Source: Promethearchaeota archaeon | Lineage (GTDB): Archaea; Asgardarchaeota; Lokiarchaeia; Sigyniarchaeales; SOKP01 | Length of the DNA stretch: 64,000 bases | Direction of reading: 5' to 3' | Assembly: GCA_011364925.1 (NCBI GenBank) | Contig: RDOA01000003.1 | Location: forward strand, 64,001 to 128,000 | Shown: piece after piece, positions 57,256-64,000 of the stretch | Layout: each line of letters starts with the position of its first letter | Numbering within the stretch: position 1 is the first letter of the stretch | Notes under the pieces: model-generated | What the model was told of the DNA's origin: nothing | The model's input: only the letters and a program-made list of their open reading frames with translations | The model's database searches: none | Translations under genes and position numbers: made by a program

Positions 57256-60200
57256 TTAATCTTTAAGACCCTTTTCTTCTAATAAGGAGTCTAAATCTGT
57301 TTTTTCTTCTTCTTCTTCCTCAACTTTCTCTTTTTTAGCTTTCTTCTTTTTAATTTTTTTAAGTTTTACTTCGCGAATTTCTTCTGTCTTTTCTTCTTGC
57401 ACTTTGAGAGGTAATTCTCTCACTGAAACGTATTTTCCTCTCCTTGGTCGTGGTTTAATTGGTTCCTCAAGAGGAGTTTCAATTTTCCTGATTGTTCTTC
57501 TTATATAAAGCAAAGAGATCGCCCACACTATTACGAAAATGCCAATCATTATCAAAGCGAAATAGGATATAAGCAACGAATCAAGTGGAGCATCGTAAAT
57601 TGTAAAATCTACAGTTTTTTGGAACACTACATTCTCCTGTGTTTGTTCGTTTCTTGCATCAATCGTCATGGAGAATGATATTTGGTCAACTGAAGATATA
57701 TCTATTTTAACTATTATTGTTGTTATGTCATTTGGTTTGAATTCAGCTAATTTCATGAAGTTAATTTGCTCAATACTGTACGATAAAGTTGGAGAAATTT
57801 GAATAGTAATATTTTGGATTAATACTTTAAGTTCAGAATCACCAATATTACTTAATGTAATGCTAATCGCCGACGGAGTGTTTTTAAACAACTGATCCAC
57901 ATCCTTAGTGATCCTCAACGAGATATTATTACGTGCTCGGAACATTGTTACAGTTATGTTTTGCGAATTGGCGAGGGTGTATTGATCTCCTTGCCAACTT
58001 AATCGAAATGTAAACTCATCCTCATGAGGCAACAAGAGAGTGTCGATCTCAAAATTTGTTGTTCCATTTTCGTCAGTCATCTGAGTCGAAAAGTTTTGCC
58101 ACGCATTGTTATCAAAATAAAGGAGCGAGACATTCTTAGCGGGGAATCTATCTCCAAATTCAGTGCTTAACACGGAACTTATGTTAAATTTTTGACCATA
58201 TATCGGTGTGTGAGGGATAGTTGAAATCTCTGAAAATTTGCTATTAATTTTCAATGAGAATGAGCTAATGAAATCGTTATAACTGCTAACATAATTCTTA
58301 TCGTAAATGTTAACGATGAATGTAGTTTTGTTAGGTAAGTATAAGCATTCGTCTCTTTTGAATGGCTTTAGGATCGATGCGCTTGTGACCTGTTTATCTT
58401 TTTTTAAGGCAATAAGGTATCCTTCAAATTCTGATTGAGTGCTATTTACGAGTAAGGATGTATCTGCACTTTTATAAGTTCCAACTTCATGACTTTTCCC
58501 GCCGTATTCAAAGTAAATAGTAAATTTTGTCGTCACCCCTCCTTTTCTTACAGGTGCATTCACGCCCTTCCAAATTCCGTTTCCGAGAAGGTCTGGAATT
58601 GTGAGATCGACAAAGAAATCTTTCGTATCGTCCCCATTTGGATCGATACTTGGTTTTAACGTTTGAATTCCTGTAGTTTTTTCAGCAATTATCCATTTTT
58701 CGTTAGCAAAAGAAACCAATTGAACTTTAACTTTGACCTTTAAATCAAGAAAATCGTGTAGATTATGAATTCTAGTGCCTATCCTTATGTCCTCATTCGG
58801 ATTTAAGATGGTCTCGTTTTGCACAAAAGTTTCAACGAGAATAGGGATTTCTTCATTGTTTACCTTATGAATAAATTCTTTATTAATGTTAGTTTTATTG
58901 ATTGCGAAAAATCCGGGTCTATATCGATCGTCTGTCACATTAACAGTGCCAATTAAAATTGAATAGCTTTCATAGACTCTATCAACTATTCCAACCAAAA
59001 TATTGCGATCTAGATTTTCTTCGTAGAAACAATCTTGTAAATTAACATCGTAAGAATCAATATATAATTTAAGTTTTTGACAACCTATAGCAGATCCGTT
59101 CTCCCAAAAGAACCCTAAATAGTAGTTTCCGAGAAGAGGTGTAGCTTGATTAACATCTAAAATTGTAAGGTTGTTAAAGTCGTACTTAAGGTAATCGTCT
59201 ACAATAACTCCCACTCCTGAATTCATTTCTGCTCCTGGAACTTTTGTTTTATTGTTTGGATAGAATAAAACTACATTAGCATTTCCATTGGTTGGGGGTT
59301 CCCCATCTGGTCTTTGAACATCGAGGCTAACAGAAATATTATCACCATACATAAATCCATTTGTTTCCCATAAAATGTCGTTATAGTTGATATAACTGTG
59401 CATATTGTAAATTAAATTACTGCTATTTAAAGCTAGAGAATATTGACCACTTATACCATTGATAATATAATAAGGAACAGCCGTATAATCAAATGATGGT
59501 CTGGAAACCAACGAACGTTCTCCTCCTGTGTTGTTTATTACTTCTCTATAAATATCATCGTAATTAGGATTTGTTAAATTATGTGCAGCATAATCGTTGG
59601 GGTACACAAACCAAACTTCTTGAAATGTCCACTCGTTCAAGTTCGGATCGGCAAGATTTAAAGTGAAATTTAGTTGCCATTCAGGAGTAGTATCATACGA
59701 TACTTTATAATAGCTGTTCGCGTTTTCTATCCAATAAGCTCTTACCGTATATGATACATTAAATTCAAATCCTTTAATGACACTTTTATTCCAAGTGAGA
59801 ACTATAGGAAAATTGTAAGAACCGTCATTGACTATCTCTGGTGTGAAGTGACTCGTCCATTGTCCTAAACCCCATGTTAAAGAGGAACTTACATCGTAAG
59901 GAGGAGCAGCAATAACGCTATTGTTTAATGGAATATTCTGAATCTTCAATGTATCTTCACTATCGTATGGATTTATAAAATCCGACGGCATGTAAGCCCT
60001 CGTCACGTTCAATTTAAACGCTGCTGCGTCTAGTTGTTCCGAGAGATATAGTGGCACTGAAGGGACTTGTTTTTTAGCTATGTTCCATGTAGATCCACTA
60101 TCTTCGGATAAAAGTAATTTATGGTCTATTCGATTATCGGGATCACCATATGTCTGTCGGGGTAACGTGACCAAACTGTAGACCAAATCTGTCCGATTAG

Positions 60201-61455
60201 ATTTGATCACGATAAAATAATTATAAAGATTTAATTTTTGAGTGTTGCCAAGATTGAATCCAAAATATGTAAGTGAATCACCATGATATTCATTAAAACC
60301 AATTATTTTTGAATCAATAAGTTGAGAATTATTAGGTTTAAGATTGTTTGCAATTAAATAGGATTGAGTTCGAGGGATTGTAGAATTTGCTTTGTATAAC
60401 GAGATATTTAATTCTGCGTTTGCAGCTTTGGCTAAATCTAAAGTTCTTATCCACGCGTAAAATCCATTTACTGTTGTACTTATTCCTTTTAGATCAAATT
60501 CCAACGCTAGTTGTTTGTTTTCGGTTATAGGTAAATCGAATCCGTATGTTGATACTAATTTAAATTCTCTTAAGGTGAGAATAAAATCACTAGAATCGTA
60601 TTTCTGCACATAAAATTGAAGTTGGTTAACATCAGAACCATTAATGTAGTTTAAATTTTCGTTAATAATGCGATCTTCAAACTGTTGCGTGCCCAGACTG
60701 CTATTGATGAACAATCTGTCAGTTACATTGACCCACATAGAATCATAGATATTATACATCTTCAGAGTTAAAAACACATCATTGTTAAGACTACCAGAAA
60801 AGGTCGATATCAACCCTAATATCAAGGATCTATTAAAGTCTACATTAAACACTGGTCCGTCAAAAATCGTGTTAGTAAAGCTGGAATCGATTGTGAAATT
60901 CAATATTCCACCTGAAGAACTCAACCTTATGTATGTAGATGGATTATTATCAACTAACTTATTGAAATTAATGGCATCTAAGTTTGTACCTGTATTGATG
61001 TTCATAAGCGATGCGTCTTCATCGTATGTAAACTTTATAAAATCATTTGCATATAGCGCACCCGTATTTTCAATAATATAATCGGTTGTAAAGTTATTTT
61101 GAAAAGTGAAATTGAAATTCCCATATGAAAGGTATGTCGTGTCTGTAGTTGACATAGATGGAATGTTAAAAGAACCAACATTATTAGCATTAGAATTAGA
61201 GTTATTCAGCGCGTAAATTCTAACATCTTGATTGGATCCCGAGCCGGTTATGTAGTAATCTGTTAAATATGGATCAGCAGCAGAAGATTCGGGATTCTCT
61301 TCACGATCGGACCAATATTGTTCTAAGGTATTGTTTGTATTGTGATTAAAATTACTGAAAATCTGAATATTGGCTAACAACATAAAAATAATAAACATAC
61401 TTGCCACAATTATTCTTGTAACATCATTTTTTCGGCGTTGAATCAAATAAACCAA
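57256..61455 (-). CDS. Large (1399 aa) membrane-anchored cell-surface protein with charged cytoplasmic tail
   Basis: N-terminal TM/signal, Asn-rich beta domains with many NxS/T sequons, Ig-like segments, C-terminal TM and K/E-rich tail. Confidence 0.75.
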   Translation of the reverse strand: MVYLIQRRKNDVTRIIVASMFIIFMLLANIQIFSNFNHNTNNTLEQYWSDREENPESSAADPYLTDYYITGSGSNQDVRIYALNNSNSNANNVGSFNIPSMSTTDTTYLSYGNFNFTFQNNFTTDYIIENTGALYANDFIKFTYDEDASLMNINTGTNLDAINFNKLVDNNPSTYIRLSSSGGILNFTIDSSFTNTIFDGPVFNVDFNRSLILGLISTFSGSLNNDVFLTLKMYNIYDSMWVNVTDRLFINSSLGTQQFEDRIINENLNYINGSDVNQLQFYVQKYDSSDFILTLREFKLVSTYGFDLPITENKQLALEFDLKGISTTVNGFYAWIRTLDLAKAANAELNISLYKANSTIPRTQSYLIANNLKPNNSQLIDSKIIGFNEYHGDSLTYFGFNLGNTQKLNLYNYFIVIKSNRTDLVYSLVTLPRQTYGDPDNRIDHKLLLSEDSGSTWNIAKKQVPSVPLYLSEQLDAAAFKLNVTRAYMPSDFINPYDSEDTLKIQNIPLNNSVIAAPPYDVSSSLTWGLGQWTSHFTPEIVNDGSYNFPIVLTWNKSVIKGFEFNVSYTVRAYWIENANSYYKVSYDTTPEWQLNFTLNLADPNLNEWTFQEVWFVYPNDYAAHNLTNPNYDDIYREVINNTGGERSLVSRPSFDYTAVPYYIINGISGQYSLALNSSNLIYNMHSYINYNDILWETNGFMYGDNISVSLDVQRPDGEPPTNGNANVVLFYPNNKTKVPGAEMNSGVGVIVDDYLKYDFNNLTILDVNQATPLLGNYYLGFFWENGSAIGCQKLKLYIDSYDVNLQDCFYEENLDRNILVGIVDRVYESYSILIGTVNVTDDRYRPGFFAINKTNINKEFIHKVNNEEIPILVETFVQNETILNPNEDIRIGTRIHNLHDFLDLKVKVKVQLVSFANEKWIIAEKTTGIQTLKPSIDPNGDDTKDFFVDLTIPDLLGNGIWKGVNAPVRKGGVTTKFTIYFEYGGKSHEVGTYKSADTSLLVNSTQSEFEGYLIALKKDKQVTSASILKPFKRDECLYLPNKTTFIVNIYDKNYVSSYNDFISSFSLKINSKFSEISTIPHTPIYGQKFNISSVLSTEFGDRFPAKNVSLLYFDNNAWQNFSTQMTDENGTTNFEIDTLLLPHEDEFTFRLSWQGDQYTLANSQNITVTMFRARNNISLRITKDVDQLFKNTPSAISITLSNIGDSELKVLIQNITIQISPTLSYSIEQINFMKLAEFKPNDITTIIVKIDISSVDQISFSMTIDARNEQTQENVVFQKTVDFTIYDAPLDSLLISYFALIMIGIFVIVWAISLLYIRRTIRKIETPLEEPIKPRPRRGKYVSVRELPLKVQEEKTEEIREVKLKKIKKKKAKKEKVEEEEEEKTDLDSLLEEKGLKD

Positions 61456-61605
61456 CCGTATTTCTCTATTTTTTAGTTATTAAATAATTTAAGAATATTA
61501 AAATTTGCTAATTTATATTAAATTTATTCGATAGATTACTAAATGACAAGATATTCAAATAACTTAACGATAAAAAATTAAATGAAACCATAGTTTAATA
61601 AAATT

Positions 61606-62964
61606 ATGACAGAAGAATTAATTATCAGGAAAATCGATGAAGAAAAAGAAAAATACATCGAATTCTTTAGAAAACTTGTCCAATGCGATTCAATTAATCC
61701 TCCTGGAAATGAAATGAATGTAGCGCTCGTAGTGGAAGCGTTTTTAAAGGAGGTTGGAATTAAAACTGAATTATTCCCTTTTGGGAATAATCGAGCAAAT
61801 TTAGTGGCATATTTAACTAATACTTTCAACGGAAAAAATTTACTATTTAATGGTCATATGGATACTGTTCCTCCTGGTACAGAAAATGATTGGAAATATC
61901 CTCCTTTAAGTGCTACAATTAAGCGAAATAAGTTAATTTTTGGGAGAGGGACCACTGACATGAAAGGGGGATTAGCAGCTATGGTCATTACTTTAAAAAT
62001 TCTAAAGGAGTTAGATGTTCACATTGATGGAAACTTGATTTTAAACGCTGTAGCAGATGAAGAAATAGGGGGAGAATTCGGAACGGGTTGGAGTGTAGAA
62101 AATCCACTTAAGAATATAAAGTGCAATTTTGCGATTATAGGTGAAGCCTCGGCTCTTAGTCCACTTCCAAAAGCGATATTAGTTGGAGAAAAAGGACATC
62201 TTCAAATTAAAATTACTACCAACGGAATATCTGGTCATTCAGGAATGCCATCTATTAGTAAGAATGCAATTTACATGATGAGTGAAATAATTGAAAAGCT
62301 GGATAAACTTGATGAGCTGATTCCAACGCCTAAACCTCCAATGAGTTTAGAAAAAGTCAAAAGTTTAATAGGGGTAGTCTTTCCTAGTAGGGAAATATTC
62401 GAAAGGATAATGAAGGAACAACCTGAATTGGAGGGAGTTATGCTATCGATAACATCATATTCAAAAGCACTTACCATGATTCGAGGGGGAGTCAAAGAGA
62501 ATGTAATCCCAGACTCCTGTGAAGGAGTACTTGACGTTAGACTTCTACCTAATCAGAAGAGTGAACCGATTGTGGATGCTTTGAAGAAATTGATCGAAGA
62601 AGATGTTGGTTATGAAGTAAGAGATAAGGACTCTACCAGTCCAACTAAAATTTTTGTTGAACTTGAAGTAATATGTGACTCTGAAGGGTCTTACTGGGAT
62701 GAGTGGGAGGATTCGGAAGACTTAAAGTTATTATACAGTATCGTTGAAGACATTTACGAAAAAAAACCTTTTTACTTCCTACTGCCAGGTTCTGCCGACG
62801 CCCGTTATTTACGTAATAAAGGTTACTGTCCCCAAACTGTCCTTTTTGGCCCTGGTGAAGGAAGATCTGCCCACGCCGTAGATGAACACGTTGAAATTCA
62901 AGATTTTCTGAGATCGATTAAAGTTTATTCGATTTTTGCTTACAGATTTCTATCAAAAAATTAA
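61606..62964 (+). CDS. M20 metallopeptidase (ArgE/DapE family)
   Basis: NGHMDTVP, GRGTTDMKGG, ADEE, GE, NVIP, AHAVDE. Confidence 0.92.
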   Translation: MTEELIIRKIDEEKEKYIEFFRKLVQCDSINPPGNEMNVALVVEAFLKEVGIKTELFPFGNNRANLVAYLTNTFNGKNLLFNGHMDTVPPGTENDWKYPPLSATIKRNKLIFGRGTTDMKGGLAAMVITLKILKELDVHIDGNLILNAVADEEIGGEFGTGWSVENPLKNIKCNFAIIGEASALSPLPKAILVGEKGHLQIKITTNGISGHSGMPSISKNAIYMMSEIIEKLDKLDELIPTPKPPMSLEKVKSLIGVVFPSREIFERIMKEQPELEGVMLSITSYSKALTMIRGGVKENVIPDSCEGVLDVRLLPNQKSEPIVDALKKLIEEDVGYEVRDKDSTSPTKIFVELEVICDSEGSYWDEWEDSEDLKLLYSIVEDIYEKKPFYFLLPGSADARYLRNKGYCPQTVLFGPGEGRSAHAVDEHVEIQDFLRSIKVYSIFAYRFLSKN

Positions 62965-63070
62965 AAAGGTTGAGAAAAAGTTAAGTATAAAGAATCAGAT
63001 TAGATTTTTATTAAGAGCCCTCCTATACTGAAACTTTTATTTTTAAGGTAGATATTATAGAGACAAGAAA

Positions 63071-64000
63071 GTGCAAGATTTAGTAAAGATTGAGGATTGT
63101 GTTATTCTTATAGATTCTTCAAGATCTATGGTTAGGAAAGATTTTAAACCAAGTCGATTAGCAATTGCCTTAGAAACTGCAAAAAAATTTATTCACGAGA
63201 AATTCCTAATAGATCCTAAGGATCGGATCGCGATTCTTTCGTTTGGAGCAAATGTTACTAAATTATGCCCATTCAGTTTCGACGAAGAAAAACTCTTGAA
63301 TGCATTAAATCGAATTCAGGTATCTGGGAGCGGTACGCTTAATGAAGGTCTCGCGTTTTCAGTTCAATATTTAGTAGGAGAAATGCGTAAACTTGGAGGT
63401 AAGACAAATAGAATTTTTGTCATCTCCGATAATAAAGTAGAATATACTGATAAGATAAGAAAAATCATCAATATCGCTAATGGATTAGGCATTTACATTG
63501 ACGCATGTCAATTAGGAAAGACCGAGGACCATTCTGAAAGTATTTTAAAGAAAATTGCCAAAACTACAGGCGGAAATTTTGGTTTTTTCAATAATTCGAA
63601 AGCGATGTTAAATGCTGGAGCTTTATACGCATCAAAAAAAGAACTAAAAGAATCCATTGACTACTTTGGTCCAGAACAAAAGAGTGAGAATGCTCCACTT
63701 ATCAGCGAGATCGCATTACAATTGAGAAGACCAAATGTTCTGGATATTCGTTTATTGATGAGTAGTAAAGAACGAGGTCAGGAAAAGTGTCAGATCTGTC
63801 ACTCCACGAAATCTCAAATAACTGGCGCTGATTTTTACAGTGAGGGCCGATATTGCCCCTCATGTGAAAGACCTATGCATTTATCTTGCGTTGCTATGTG
63901 GGCTAAGAAAACTGAATACAAGGAAAATGTGTTCAGATGCCCGTTCTGCTTCTTCTTATTAGAACTCCCTCCTAGTGCGGTAAAATTGGTTGAAGAAAAA
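63071..64000 (+). CDS. VWA domain + C4HC3 RING-type zinc finger protein (Ssl1/Rpn10-like VWA); runs off the window end; absent from the ORF track
   Basis: GTG start; LIDSSRSMVRKDFKPSRL (DxSxS), RIFVISD, IAKTTGG; CQIC...CPSC....H..C...W...CPFC. Confidence 0.8.
   Translation, partial: MQDLVKIEDCVILIDSSRSMVRKDFKPSRLAIALETAKKFIHEKFLIDPKDRIAILSFGANVTKLCPFSFDEEKLLNALNRIQVSGSGTLNEGLAFSVQYLVGEMRKLGGKTNRIFVISDNKVEYTDKIRKIINIANGLGIYIDACQLGKTEDHSESILKKIAKTTGGNFGFFNNSKAMLNAGALYASKKELKESIDYFGPEQKSENAPLISEIALQLRRPNVLDIRLLMSSKERGQEKCQICHSTKSQITGADFYSEGRYCPSCERPMHLSCVAMWAKKTEYKENVFRCPFCFFLLELPPSAVKLVEEK

Overview
AT-rich archaeal DNA, almost certainly an Asgard archaeon (Lokiarchaeia/Promethearchaeota-like). 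This is inferred from two Rab-like small GTPases, longin-like and roadblock domains, a VWA-RING protein, a Loki-CTERM-like anchor and TATA-type promoters. Two systems stand out. (1) 4.1-21.8 kb is a twice-repeated module: a divergent tandem-wHTH/TPR regulator, exported or membrane cargo genes, TPR-longin proteins and a Rab-like GTPase. Four unrelated cargo genes sit behind the same ~80-bp element (two 11-bp direct repeats, TATA box, TCATC-N5-GATGA hairpin), which suggests an undescribed signalling regulon. (2) 33.4-44.0 kb is an Lrp-flanked operon tusA-dsrEFH-dsrE2-hdrCBA-mvhD-mvhG-like-[FrhB::GltD-wHTH fusion]-tusA with no hydrogenase large subunit, suggesting NAD(P)H/F420-linked Hdr coupled to protein-bound sulfur trafficking. 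The rest holds housekeeping and accessory genes, a VapBC pair, NosD-type beta-helix surface proteins, a frameshifted ADP-ribosylglycohydrolase and several ORFs missing from the ORF track. No rRNA, tRNA, CRISPR array or transposase was recognised. All calls come from motif recognition by eye; no database searches were run.
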